A stretch of DNA of 62,417 nucleotides, the filler included, from Choristocarpus tenellus KU-1152 (taxonomy: Eukaryota > Protista > Phaeophyceae): assembly GCA_964200185.2 (NCBI GenBank). It is 13 parts of 13 records of this genome, joined end to end, with 100 filler letters (N's around TTAATTAATTAA, not from the genome) between each part and the next. Parts side by side here need not be neighbours in the genome. Positions count along the whole stretch, not along the records: positions 1 to 4,509 come from CAXNAD020014228.1; positions 4,610 to 9,438 come from CAXNAD020012910.1; positions 9,539 to 14,179 come from CAXNAD020013669.1; 10 more parts are not named here. The stretch is one strand, 5' to 3'. Every line of letters begins with the position of its first letter. Positions within the stretch are counted from its first letter, which is position 1. A program made the position numbers and the translations under genes. The notes beneath the pieces are model-generated. The model did not search any database, was not told where the DNA came from, and was given only the letters and a program-made list of their open reading frames with translations. Shown one piece after another: positions 1 through 12,908 of the stretch.

Positions 1-2159
1 CCCCGTACAAATCAGCACCTGCCTGCCCTGCCCCTGCCCCTGCCCCTGCCCCGAGACGGAATAGGAAATCCTGGCCGGTGTTGCGGGCTATATCCCTCGC
101 CGTGTTACCCGCCTCGTTACGAGAATTGTGGTTGAGCCTCTCACAGCTGGTGAGGTGTGGCATCGTACGGGTGAATGCTATGTTCAAAATAGGACTCATG
201 GTGTGGGTGCTGGTATTGTGTGAAAGGCGATGCGTATTCCCGAGGGCATTAGTCTTGTAGTCAGTTGGCATTTTTGTGAAAGGCGGAGGACACTCCCGAG
301 GGCATTAGTCCTGATATACATTTACGTTTCTTCTACCATTGGCAGTGGTAGCTGGGTGCTGGTATTGGATGGAAGGGGGTGGGCAGTCTCGAGACATTGG
401 TCTCCAACCCTACTATGCTTAACAAAACGATTATCAACGCTGAGGCTCCAAAAACATGCCGGGGTGTTTGTGGGGGGAGGGGAAAAAATTTTCCATCCAG
501 AGGAACAATCATCTGTGATTCTGCTATGTGATGCAAAACAAATTAGCTCAAGTTTGAAAAGTAATCTTGACCAAAAAAATCTAGATTATTTTCTACAAAA
601 ATCAATATTGACAAAAAATTCACAACATTCAAGGTTAAGGGGGGCCTAGCCCTCTCCCCCCTCCCTGTCCTCCACCTCTAGGCAATACGTTTCATAATCT
701 TCGCGACATACTCAGTACAATTGAGGCAAATATATTATACAGCTGAAGGAACCTTGACTATGGGCGCAGCTGGACTCAAAGCACAAATATATTCTTCACC
801 CACCATTTAAGAATCAGAAAAACAACTCTACCATGGTCAAAGATGAAAAGAGAAAGGAAACGGGATGAGGGCTAGAGTTACAATAGTTGAATGTTTTGAT
901 CAAGAAGTTGTAATATGAAAACCAAGCACCTCCAGAAGAGAGTTGGGCGTCCACCTGAGGAGCCAGCTGGACAAGTCATCTTTCCTAAGCTTCAAGGCTA
1001 CCATAAGGGCAGTGTCGCCACGATCCACATTCACTCCGGGAGGAGCAGCCCACTCCTCTCTTGCACTGAAACCCAAGTACATACCTAATGGCTTCACCTG
1101 AACCTGTGTGGGTAATAAAAAAATGATAAATATGGATTGTTTTGTGAGAAACACACCAGGGGTTGGCTTTCATTTTTCTTACATTTCTTTGCTCTAAAAT
1201 TTTGATTCGCAGTGAGGGCTACTACAACGCAACCAAATCCTTACCTTTTTGCCAATTCCGAAACAATACTCAGAAATCGGAAGTACTTCTATTTTTGATA
1301 TACATGTAGGTCTACTGACCAAATGGAGAGTTTGCTGGAGTAACAACGTGATGTCTTCGGCAACAAGCATCTCTAATGGGAGAATGTGAGGGGGAGATCG
1401 CCCTAGGTCCAGGAGGGTGAGATTAGGGAACCGGGCGGGGCGAGCTTAGAAATAGTAACTTGGTTGCCCTATTTCTACCATAATTTCATACTTCGAGGCA
1501 CACTTGTGCAAAATACAACACATCTGTTTTTTTGTTCTTCACTTGGAAAGTGCTAGTTCGTTGAGCAGTAAAGCTGCAGTATGACAGAGTTAAATATATT
1601 TCGCGTTCTTCTCCAATCCCTGTTCCTAAGATAAGCACATATGCACGCACCGAAAAGAGTAAAGGGTTCACAGGTTCGGTAAGGCTGCTGACTCAAAATC
1701 TCGCCCTTGCTGCAAGCAGAACCGGCAAACTCGCACACAACTTGAAAAACATGAATACCACTGTCTTGATGCTTTTCGAATCCCTTTGCGCCTACTCAAA
1801 ATACAATAACGGATCCCGCATCTATTGGTATACATCACATTGCACCTTCCGCAAAGAAATTGCCAACAAAAAAGCGTTCATTTCAACACCACACGTATGT
1901 CAAAGTCCCTATTTAAAATCCATTTCTCATAGCACCTCTACCCTTTCTTTCATCTTCTTTGCACGCAATACATTGGGATTAAATGTAGACGAAAAAAATG
2001 ATCAAACCCTCTCACCCGCAATCCCCAATGCTGGCGTCCTCCTCTTATCCACCGGTCAAAGGGCCAATTTATGTCTGCTCCAGCGCTGTAGGCTGCCTTG
2101 CACTTAGGTAGGTCACCCGCCCGTAGAGCGATGAATAGGTTTCGTTGATACTTCTCCAT
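1..2159 (-). CDS. Ankyrin-repeat protein, 5' part (exons 2159-2016, 1103-955, 146-<1; runs off the window)
   Basis: Phase-consistent GT-AG splicing gives MEKYQRNLFIALRAGDLPKCKAAYSAGADINWPF...NVDRGDTALMVALKLRKDDLSSWLLSCERLNHNSRNEAGNTARDIARNTG. The GADIN, GDTALMVA and GNTARDIA segments match the ankyrin consensus. Confidence 0.8.
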
Positions 2160-3235
2160 CACGCCCTCCTTGGTTTCGTGTGCCTGCTTCCCTTCCTGTC
2201 TCTATCGAGAACTCCACCAAACACAATGTCACCAGGATCTGCCCACTCGTTCTATCTCCTCCTCCACCTTGGCGCTGTTGGGGTAGCTCGAATCTGTAGG
2301 GATAATTTTGGACCGGGGAGTGCCATTTGCAGCGGTGAAGGGTGTCAGTGGCAACATATTCAACATGCATGCAATGGAGAGGTAACTGTAAAGCATGTGT
2401 TGCTGAAGGTGTGTGGGAAGCCTTCGGTAGGAAAACTCAGTGCGCCAGAAATATATAATGACATGGCAGTTTCATTTCTTCCTACCTGAGAACCACTGTA
2501 CCATCTCACGGAGAGTAGGACTCCACACCGAAAGGAAGAACATTCAAATAGACTTTCCGTGGTCCCTCCTCCCGAACAGCGGGATAACCCGATTCCCAGA
2601 ACTACATGCTACAAACACTATGGGTTCTCTCTATTTCCCATCACTACATCTTAAAAAACTCCTCTCAAAAGAACTTGCCAACCTCTCTCGTCTTTCTCCA
2701 TGAAGTAATCTCACCTCTTCAATCCAAAGCTGAACCTTCTCGAAATCTCAAGGTTGTGGGAAATACCGAAGCAAGACTCTTCTCCTATTCTTCCAATCTA
2801 CCGGTACCACTTGAGCCTTTCCGTTACTCACGGAATCACTAGCAATGTCGAACAGTGTTTTACTACCTTCCCTGGTAGAAGAACCGACTTTCACTACTTG
2901 TTCGACTTCTTCGAGGAGAAAGATCTAAGATTGATACAGGTAAAGAGTTGTAGACCTGGGAAGGCCTCCTTCCTATAAAATATTGATGATGAGAATTCTG
3001 TAACTGTAAACCTCTTAAATTAGTTGGAATAACCGTATCCCACATTCTTGAAGTGTGGTGGCGAAGATACATTCTCACCTCCTGCAATTCGTCAAGGGCT
3101 CTGGCTTGGTGGACTATTGTGTTGATAGAGAAATTAAACTACTCATTTGGAACACTACCGTGTTTTACCATTCCTAAGAGCGTATAACGTGGAATCGAAA
3201 CTATAGTTTCTTGGTAACTTGTCACTTTAGCTATC

Positions 3236-4022
3236 ATGGCACTCGATCTGCAGCTGCGTGTGATCTTCGCCAAGAGTGGGCGCGAGGCAGATGCTGCAGC
3301 TGCGAGGGGTATTGGAAGTCTCAAGGATCCTAAGGAAAGGCAAATACTTGCTGCAAGGGCCAAGGCGGGACTTGCAGAAGGGTTTGACCTGTTGAAGCAT
3401 GCTCGGACACAGGTGACACTGTTCATGAGGTCTCACAGAATCAGGTGTATAGGGAAAGGTTTGGGAATGAAAGGAAAATAAAAACTTAAGAGTTGGCATT
3501 ACCACTCACTTATTGAAAGGTGTATAAAAACTGCGTGAGGATCTGATCGATCACCAGAAGGGAATCTAGATATGCGAAACCACTCCAAACATTTTACCCT
3601 CTTATATACGAGCATATGCCAAGGGGTGGTGCGAAGCGCATTAGGAACCTAGTACAAGTGGGCAAACTCCTTCAGGCAATGCAAAGACAGGAATAGGATT
3701 TTCTTTCGTGGTAGACTTCTTTCTTTTTTGATAAATGACTGGTGCAGAGTTCAGAATCTTCGATGAGTAGAGATGTGAAAAATCGGGAACTCGGAAAACC
3801 TCAAACAGTTTATCGATTTTCCCACAAGGTGACTCCTAAGGTAAGGCGCTGCTTCGGAATACAGTTCTTCTTGCCTGTAGGTATGAAAGTCACGATCTGT
3901 CTCTCCTCCTGTGTTCCTGCAATGAACAGACCAACCTTCCTAATGTAGGGGAGGAACTTCGTGCTCCAGAGCTCCTTGTCCTGGCTGCTGAGGCAGGGGT
4001 GAAGACTGAAGATTTCGATATT
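3236..4022 (+). CDS. CFAP46: CFAP46/TTC40-like cilia- and flagella-associated protein, N-terminal exons (3236-3412, 3930-4022); rest missing at the contig end
   Basis: Spliced MALDLQLRVIFAK...LAEGFDLLKHARTQ|TNLPNVGEELRAPELLVLAAEAGVKTEDFDI. This parallels the CFAP46 N-terminus as recalled (MDLVITQELARA...LKKAYELIKSA...PDLFVLCAEQALK). Phase-0 junction with a good pyrimidine tract before 3930. Confidence 0.6.
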
Positions 4023-4478
4023 GTAAGACAGGCATGCCACACCTTTTTCCTTGGGGAACACACTCAGGACCAGTTCTATTGTCGTGCGCTCTTTGCCAAG
4101 GTATGGATGCTGGTACCGCCCACACATTACTCTTGGTGGTGGAACTGCCATCTACTGGGATGTCCCTGTTGAGGACTCTTTGTTTTTTTCTGTTCTTTCA
4201 TTTTCCATCCTTTTGTGTTGTGCTCCCAACATCCATTTTGATAAGTGCAGGCCATCGGTGAGCTGTGGATATGTTTTTTTTTCTTCCAGGAATTGGACCT
4301 TGGTACTGGTACTGGTGTTTTCTGGAATGGATAGGTATATCTGATGGCTGAGTCCCCCAGCTTTCTTTCCCCACACTTCTTCCTTCTTGATTGAAATTTC
4401 TTCCATATATAGCTTTCTGTGCTATACAACGCCTCACCATGAGTTTGAGAACATCAGAGTAAAGTGTGAAATAATCGA

Positions 4479-4509
4479 GGGTCAAAGTATCTGGGAGGGG
4501 GGGGTGCCG
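4479..4509 (+). mobile_element. Terminal inverted repeat end of the GGGTCAAAGTATCT(G)n MITE family, truncated by the contig end
   Basis: GGGTCAAAGTATCTGGGAGGGGGGGG. The same motif or its reverse complement occurs at 4610-4654, 24411-24437 and 43614-43636. Confidence 0.65.
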
Positions 4510-4609
4510 NNNNNNNNNNNNNNNNNNNNNNNNNNNNNNNNNNNNNNNNNNNNTTAATTAATTAANNNNNNNNNNNNNNNNNNNNNNNNNNNNNNNNNNN
4601 NNNNNNNNN
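4510..4609. other. Artificial contig spacer (N44-TTAATTAATTAA-N44). Identical spacers at 9439-9538, 14180-14279, 16892-16991, 21358-21457, 24300-24399, 26968-27067, 35837-35936, 43637-43736, 48261-48360, 51679-51778, 54852-54951
   Basis: Twelve identical 100-nt blocks with stop codons in all six frames; unrelated partial genes lie on either side. Confidence 0.98.
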
Positions 4610-5058
4610 CGCCCCCCCCCAAACCCCCCCCCCCCCCCCAAGATACTTTGACCCTGCAGAGCCAAGCGTCTCCCTGAAGAAGGCCCCGCAGTCTCATGCT
4701 TTGCTAGTAGTAGCTGTGAAGATTGGAGTGGTTGACGTCATTATCTCTGAATGTTACACACAAGACATCCCGCACACTATTTTCGGATTGCCTTCCATGG
4801 AGGGTGATGTTGTTGTTGAACACTAATGAAGATGAAAGGCGATTTGGCAAAAGATGAGACCGCACTCTCCCTCCCAGAGTGTTTTTATCTTGGACCGTGA
4901 GACTCAACCTGTATACCTCAAACCTTGTTGTGTTGATGGGTCCACCACCAAGCATACCCTCAAGTGAGGCCGACATCCCCACACCCCCTCCCCTCCCATC
5001 CCCTCCCCTCTCCAAATTGTGAAATGGAACAAAATGTTGCCTTGAAATACCTGTGCAG

Positions 5059-8000
5059 GATGATGTTACTGGCGATGGAACAACCACAGCAGTTTTGTTC
5101 ACAGGGGAGCTGCTGCGCCAGGCCGAGCGATACCTCAGTGAGGGGCTACACCCACGGGTGCTAACAGAAGGGTTTGAGCTTGCCAAGGTGAGAACAGGGG
5201 AGGTTTGGGGATGTGGAAAGCGCTCTCGATGACTGTGCCTTTCTGTGGGGCTCCCAGCATCTTCAATACACTTTTGAGTATTTCAATTCGAGTTTTGTAG
5301 AGCTTTCTTGCTGCTCCAGATGAAGGTTAAAAGGATAATAGCAGTGCTTGAGTGATACTATTTGATCAGCGCTGCGCGCCTGTGCATGCGTGTGCATGAT
5401 TTTTTTTTCGTGTATTTTCAGGATCACGTTCTGGAGCTGCTGGACAAATTCCGGGTGGTTAAAACCGAGGCCCACAAGGACCGTGAGCTGCTGGCGTCAG
5501 TGGCACGAACTTCCCTGCGGACTAAGCTCAGGGAAGAGATTGCAGATCAGGTGCTTGCGAGGTGTATGTTTGGCATTTGCCCTGGCCCCTCCCCATTCCC
5601 CCTTCCTCAGTAACAATGGCAGTACATTTTACTGTTTATTTTTATTACTTTGACTATGGGTACATTTCTCCCAGTCTCTCCTGTTTTTTTTGTGCGTTAC
5701 TTGAGATTTTTTAATTCGGAATGAGTAGAAGAAAAAAAAAAGGAGATGGGTGCCGTCAAGAAATGCAGACACGCACTTCACACACAAATACACGTGCCGT
5801 TCACCACCCCCACCACCCCTTGTAGAGTACTTTTGAGTTCAAACAGGCGCACGTGCGCACTCCCTGTGTGAAAAGATAAAAAGAACTGAGTTTTGGTGTG
5901 ACTGACAACCCAATTGCGTGCTGTCAGCCTACAGTGTACTTTTTTTTTAGTAGAGCACTATCAAGCGTCCAGTTGATATGAAGCCGGTGAGAGATCGTTC
6001 TCGTTTTCTTCCTATGTCGCTTCTTTTTAAAAAAAAAATCTCGTGTCGGTTTCACTGCAGTTTGTGGGGTTCCATCTCGTCGCCTTTGCCAACTGTGATC
6101 ACTGTGGTCGCGCTTTGGTTTTGTGGGTGCCGCTTGTAACATGCTTTTCCCCCCTCTCCTTCCCCCTTGTCCTTGAAAGCAATGAATGCGTAGGAGGGTT
6201 GTGTGCATGTGCCTGCCTTCCTGGACTGACCCGGTTTGTTGCGCCCTGTGTTTGATTGATGATTGCTGAACGTGTGATTTGTCGGCCTTGATGTTGTCTG
6301 GACACTTGGGTTTTTGTACTGTACGTGTGTGTGTGTGCTTTTTTTCAGATGACTGAGGCTGTCACTGATGCAGTGTTGACGATCATGAAGTCCAAGGACG
6401 AGATCGACCTCCATATGGTAAGAGAAAAGAATTTATTATGTTGTTGTGTAGCTTTAGAGATGGAGACAGGGGGGGAGGGGGAGTGGAAACTGCTTGTAAC
6501 AAACGCACTGCCATATTGATGAGCTTGATTCTTAGTCAGATGGTACTGTGCAATCAATAGAATAATAAATATATTGAGAACAATGAGGAAATAATCTTGA
6601 GTGTAAGGTGATTAGGTTGTGAGATGTAGTCACTCTTTTTATTTTTAATTCATTGCAATTGTGGCAGGATTGTTTGATGATGCGTTTGGGACGAGTGATT
6701 CTCGATGTCAAAGGTCGACATAGTATTTCTGGCGATTTCAAGGATGTCATGTATATTATGATATATATATATATGTCATGTGTGTTGTGTGGTGCAGAGT
6801 TAGTTTGCTTGTTGATGATGAGAGGTAGAGGCGGTGGGTGGGGCGATTAAGACCCTGAGGAGCCTTGGTGTGAGGTGAAGCTCGCGCTTTGATTTGTGAC
6901 ACGATTGTGCTTTTTTTGGTGTACTCTTATCTTTTAGAATTGAGGTGGTATTGATGCCATTATTATTTTCAAGGAGGGTTTTCGCTGATGAGATATTTGT
7001 GTGTGAGATGAAGGCGCTCTTAAGTGTGGTTTGTAGTTGCGGTGGGTATGTATGTATTTTTGTATGTATTATGTGTATGTATGTGTGTATGTATATATGT
7101 ATGTATTGTGTATTATGTGTATGTATGTATTATGTATGTATCTATGTATGAGTGTATGAGTGTATTGAGAGAGTTGTCTTTGGTGAGCAATGCGGATGCT
7201 GCAGAGGTAGAGGTGTTGGTGGAGTGCGCTGGAATGAGGATAGTAGGAGAGGGTTGTGGCGATGGGAGGGGGCCTTAATGGTGTTGATGTTGGGTGCAGT
7301 AAGGTGTGTTTTGGGTGTTGGAGGACCCTTTCCCGGTATGGATTTGTTGCAGAGGAACACATACATCCTATTGACTGAAAGTGAGATGAAAGGGGAATTT
7401 TTATTGGATTGGTGCGAGTGTTTCTTTTGTGTGTGAGAGAGAGTTCTCATTGGTGCAAGTGCTGATGAATTCAGTGCGGCGTGCTGTTCTCATTGGTGCA
7501 GATGTTGCTCATGCTGCGGCGGATCGTTCTGATTGTGGTGGAAATGTTTACTTTTCGTGTAACGAAAAGTAATGATCGGTGTGCAAACGGTGACTTTTGT
7601 GTTGCTCTGGTACCTCCCTCGGCCTTCCCATGCCTCAATTGAGACTGCAGTGTAGTAGTGGGCTTGATGTTTTTGTATTTTTGAGAACAGCGTTTTGATT
7701 AAAATATATATATATATATATATATATTCTGCACGCATAGCGTGTTTTCGAGCTGTTGTATTAGTAATAACAGTTCCAAGTATTTGATGAGATGTACGTA
7801 CGTTTTTTCTTTTTTTTCTTCTGTTGATTATAGCCTCCTGCAGCCAAGCCAAAGCACTTGTAACCTTACTTAATAGACATTTCGATATTATTTTTATTTT
7901 TTATTTATTTTCCTCCAACTACTCTGTGACACTGGTAGCACTGGGCCCTTGTCTTGTTGTCTACTTTTAATAGTTGAGAGTTATTGCATCTTCTATTTTT

Positions 8001-9277
8001 CCCCTCTGTGCCTCAAGAACCCGTGCATCCATGTGTGTCTGGTTGTCTATGTGCAGGTGGAGATCATGCAGATGCGTCATAAGTCTGCTACGGATAGCCA
8101 ACTTATCAAGGGGATTGTCATGGACCATGGGGCTAGGCACCCCGACATGCCACGTTACCTAGAGAAGTAAGTGAGGTGTTTTGTAGCGGGGGAGGGAGGA
8201 TGGGGAGGGGTATATTTTAGTGCACTGGCCCACGCGACTACTTTGTACTTGTTTCGTTTTGTTTTTGTTTTTTTTTGGGGGGGGGGCATGGAGGGGGGTG
8301 GTTACAATATATATAGCAAGAAATTATGTTGCGTGTTGGAATATACATTTTTGTTGTGCAAAGTGTAAGAGATCTGTCTCTGAAAAATGGTGCGTCGCAA
8401 GCAGTTTTTGTAAATATTGTTGCGTTTTAGTGAGCGGAGCAATGGTATGACAACAAAAGAAGGAGCAGTTGATGGTGTGTTGGTGTTGAATAATGACTGA
8501 CACAATTGGGAGTGGATGTCTTGGTGTGGTACAAATCTTGGCTTACTTCTTATTCCTGAAGTTGAAGGGTTTGTAGACTTGTCTTTTAGTATTGGTGCAC
8601 GCCTTCCATTGAAACTCAAATCAACTATTCCAACTACAAGCTGCTGCTGGGTGCAAGGTACTGACTCTAGTCTTTGTTGATCATACATAATATGTTTCTA
8701 TTTTGTGTTGCCATTGAATCGAATTAATTTTTTTCTTTTTTGTATGGGAGGAAAAAAAATGTTTGTTTTGTTGTGCTATGAATTAGACTCTTGTTACTTG
8801 CATTTTGAGCTAAAATCGTTCCATTTTTTTTACGTGTTGCCCAAGTGTGTACGATCTTCTCTCTTTTCTATTTTGTTTATTGCACTGATTATAATTTTAT
8901 TATTAATATTGTTTTTGTTTTGTAATCTCACATGCTTTTTATTTTTTGGTTGCACTCGTTATCTTTTTATTATTATTATTGTTAGTGTTTCTGTTTTATT
9001 GCACACATTGATTATTATTTTGTTCTTACTATTGTTTTAATTTTGGTGCACTCATTATTTTATTGTTTTTTGTGATCGTACATACTTTTTATTTTTATTT
9101 TAGTGCACTCATTATCATTTTGTATTAATATTAATATTTTCTTTCAGGTGTCATGTGCTTACCTGCAATGTATCGTTTGAGTATGAAAAAACAGAAATAC
9201 AATCTGGATTCTTCTACTCAAATGCGCAGGAGAGGGAGAAGCTTGTAGAGAGCGAAAGGCGTTTCACTGATGAAAAG
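5059..9277 (+). CDS. CCT6: T-complex protein 1 subunit zeta (CCT6), internal exons 5059-5187, 5422-5550, 6349-6417, 8057-8166, 9148-9277
   Basis: [43 protein letters not shown] (GDGTT ATP-binding motif), [21 protein letters not shown] and [35 protein letters not shown], which is zeta-specific. All junctions are GT-AG and phase-consistent. Confidence 0.96.
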
Positions 9278-9550
9278 GTCAGCGGGTGTGAAGAAGTTTT
9301 TTTTTAATTATTATCGTTTCAAGTGTTAGGGTTAGTGGAGATGGGTTTGGGGGGGTTGTTGAAGGGTGGAGAGGGGTAGGAAATGGCTATTGGAGTTGGC
9401 GGGGGGGGGAGACAATCTGTATTTTTAAACGTGTGAGCNNNNNNNNNNNNNNNNNNNNNNNNNNNNNNNNNNNNNNNNNNNNTTAATTAATTAANNNNNN
9501 NNNNNNNNNNNNNNNNNNNNNNNNNNNNNNNNNNNNNNCTCCTCCCCTTC

Positions 9551-9581
<31 letters not shown>

Positions 9582-9823
9582 ACCGCCTTTTCCTCTCCGT
9601 GCTTTATGTGCACAATCTGTGCCTTTCAACTCCATCAAACCCTCTCGAAACACTTGTGTGTGTTATGCATGTGTTGTATGTGTTATGCGTGTTGTGTGTG
9701 TTATGAATGTATTGTATGTGTTATAAATGTGTTATGCGTGTGTTGTGTATGTTATGCTTGTGTTGTGTGTGTTTATGTGTATGTGCTTAACTGACATGAA
9801 ATGGTAACGAAGTCCACCAACAG

Positions 9824-9970
9824 CAGCGATCCAAGCAGTCCACTTGTACGTGTCCCCAAGGGAAAGACTAGGTCGAGGACCATCGCCCGGGGCCTGAATC
9901 TCAAGGTTTTGCACAGCTTTCAACTTCGGAGTGATGTGATTTTTTATTTTTATTTTTGTATGCGTGGTTA

Positions 9971-10047
<77 letters not shown>

Positions 10048-12873
10048 GATCCTTGTAATAAATAGTACGTACCATACCATGGCGCACTTTAATTGTTTTT
10101 TTTACTGCAAGTTTTAAAAAAGGAGGGTATATGTAGTGTAACACATACTTTAGTTACTCTTTTAAAAAAAATGCTGTTTTGAGAAAAAAAAATGTATGTC
10201 GCGGTGGAGTGAGATACGCCTTTTTCTTTTTCTTGTTACTATTGTTTTATTATTACTATGATTATTATTATAATATTATTATTATGTTACTATTATTTAT
10301 TATTATTATGTTATTATTGTTTTATTATCTTCATTATTATGATATTATGTAACTACTGTTGTTTTATTATTAGTACTTTCCTTATTATTATTGTTATTAT
10401 TTTTTTGCTTACAGGGCACTGGGGATAGACAGGACAAACCATGGGGACTGTGGGGGGGGGGAAGAGGAAGGAGAGGTGGGAGGGGGGTGGTAGGAAGAGG
10501 GTAATGTACTGAACTTAGGGTTAGGGTTAGGGTTAGGACTGTTTTTTGTTGTTGTCATTTTGATGTTTTCATTGGCCGCTGAAATTCTTTTTTTAAAATT
10601 AAAGAAAGTAATGGATTTAGTCTCGTGTGTATGTGTATATATATACTTTTAAAAAAAGCTATTCACACAGATGTATGTATACATATATACTTTAAAAAAA
10701 GTTATTCATACAGATGTATGTATATATATATACTTTAAAAAAAGCTATTCACACAGATGTATGTATATTTATGTATTTGTGTGGCAGTGTAGATTTCGTC
10801 TGGGGAGTATATGTCTATTGTGTGCACTCAAGAAAAATATATACACGTATATGTGTATGTATGTATGTTTTATGTTTTATGTTGTGTTTGTGCTCATGAT
10901 GGGTAGGGAGGTCAGCACTTGAGGGTCGACTCCAGGAGATGGGACGGCATTCTTTCTTCTGGATTGTTCAAGGGGGCTCAGCTTTCAGGTATGTGCTCCC
11001 CCCTCCCCCAACTCCCTTTTTCTCATCTGTGCTGTGTCTGGATTATCTGTTGTTGGATTATTATTCTTTTTTTCTGCAGTCAAGAAATGTGATTTTATTT
11101 TGGTGTCTCTTGCTGGTGATGGTACATTAGGGTTAGGGTTAGGGTTAGGGTTAGGGTTAGCACTCAAGTGGTTGGAAGTGAGTGGATGGATTGTGTGTTG
11201 TCCTGTGTGTGATAGTGTAGCCTGGAAGTAGGAGAAGGTAGAAGAATGTTTGTTTCCTTGTTTTGTTGGTTCCAAATGAACAACAATGAACAACAATGAC
11301 CTCCCTTCAGTCATGCACATATCTGTAATAATAATGTACATGGAGTGTGTTCGCATTTGTGTGTATTTGAGTGTACATTATTGTTGAATGAAAGGTATGT
11401 TTTGCTGTGGTGTGTGTGTGCATGTGTGTGTGTGTGTGTGTGTGTGTGTACAACTAATGTGTGTTAGGAGCCCACCGGAATGATCAGGACGATGGAGTCA
11501 CCCTGGACATAAACATCGAGGAAAGCAAGACCATGGTATTTGAGCCGGGTGTTACGAAGACCCTCTTTGACAGCAACTGGGCTGGAGAAGTGAGTCTCAA
11601 AAGGCAACAGGGGGTCTCATGAGAGGACACACGGGTTGGGGTTTCCTCAATTACGGTGTGCGTGTTTGTGTGTTTGTCTCCTAGACTTAGGGTTAGGGCT
11701 GGTGATGTATTCGTGTGTGTGTGTGTGTGTGTGTGTGGTTACAAGACTTGTGTGCATACGTTGTTGTTTTTTTGGCGAGGTCGGTGGTTAAGTTATAGGC
11801 GATGGATGCTTTCCACCCTAAAGTTAATCAGTGTGTGCGTGTGTAGGACAGATAGGTGAGAAAGTTCCTAGCCCCAGTATGCAAGGACAGACGTAGATAG
11901 ACCCTACGTCCTTTCCTGCGCAGATGGCAGTTTGACGGAGAGTTGACTTTGTTTGCCATGATAGTACCACATGATGCGGCTTCGAAATTGGTTGTGTTTT
12001 TGTGACCAGTGAATCTTTTTGTCGTGCACAAAAGGGTTTTGTATTGTGTTGGTTTGCGTTCGGGGAGAGGTGTAGGGCGTGTGCTATAGTTAGTTCTTCT
12101 GTTCTGTTCTGTTCTGTTCTGGAATAATTATTATTTATTCTGTGTCGTTTTGAACGTCGAGAGAATAATTATTTGACCTTTTATTTTTCTCTTTTTTTTC
12201 GGTTTGTCCGCTTGACTTTTTTTCGGTGATCCATACAACAATTATTATCATTATCATTATATCATTATATCATTATTAGCTATGAAATAAGCCGTCGTTT
12301 TCTTTTTTCTTAAAAAAAAAACAAATTACAATACAATACAATACAATACAAGACAGAACGATATATATATATATATATATATACAAGGAAGATAGAAAAG
12401 GTCATCGTCGTCATTGGTTCAGCCGGGGTTTTTTTTGTTCTTTTTTATTCTTTTTTGTTATTTTTTGTGTGTGTGTGCGACTGCGTCTCGCTTTTTCATT
12501 GTCCCGATTCGAGATCGGTTTGCCCTAACCCTTCTGAATCCTCCGCGTTTTGCATGGGTCAATGGGGCTTTGCTTGCGTTAACATAGTGTTAGGGTTAGG
12601 GTTACAATTGTGTTAGGGTTAGGGTGAGGGGATGGGGGTGGGGATTGCATTGAGATAGATGTATGTACAACTGTTGTTTGTGGCAATGGCTTCCTTCACC
12701 TTTGCTCCGTTTGTGAAGTAAAAGTCTCCTTTTGAAACCTCCCTCCGACTGTGTTCGAATAGGTTTCCTTTGAGGAGAAGAACTTCCTGGGCAGAAACAA
12801 CATGCTGGGTGTCGACATCCGACGGACAATGACTTCTCCCTTCACCAGCTACAGGTGGGGATGATAACACACA

Positions 12874-12908
<35 letters not shown>

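Noticed and set aside
3206-3218. RFX X-box-like motif GTTTCTTGGTAAC just upstream of the CFAP46 start
   Set aside because: RFX factors are not known from stramenopiles, the match is imperfect, and it probably lies at the 3' end of an intron; likely chance.
4479-4654. A single MITE spanning the first spacer, implying contigs 1 and 2 are adjacent
   Set aside because: The flanks differ (TCGA vs TGCA), and the two sides are introns of unrelated genes (CFAP46 start, CCT6 middle).
6945-9040. Hydrophobic or Cys/Val/Tyr-rich ORFs resembling membrane proteins
   Set aside because: These are translations of TG/TA/T-rich low-complexity CCT6 intron sequence.
11127-11160. True telomere
   Set aside because: The tracts are only a few units long, internal, and lie within introns.
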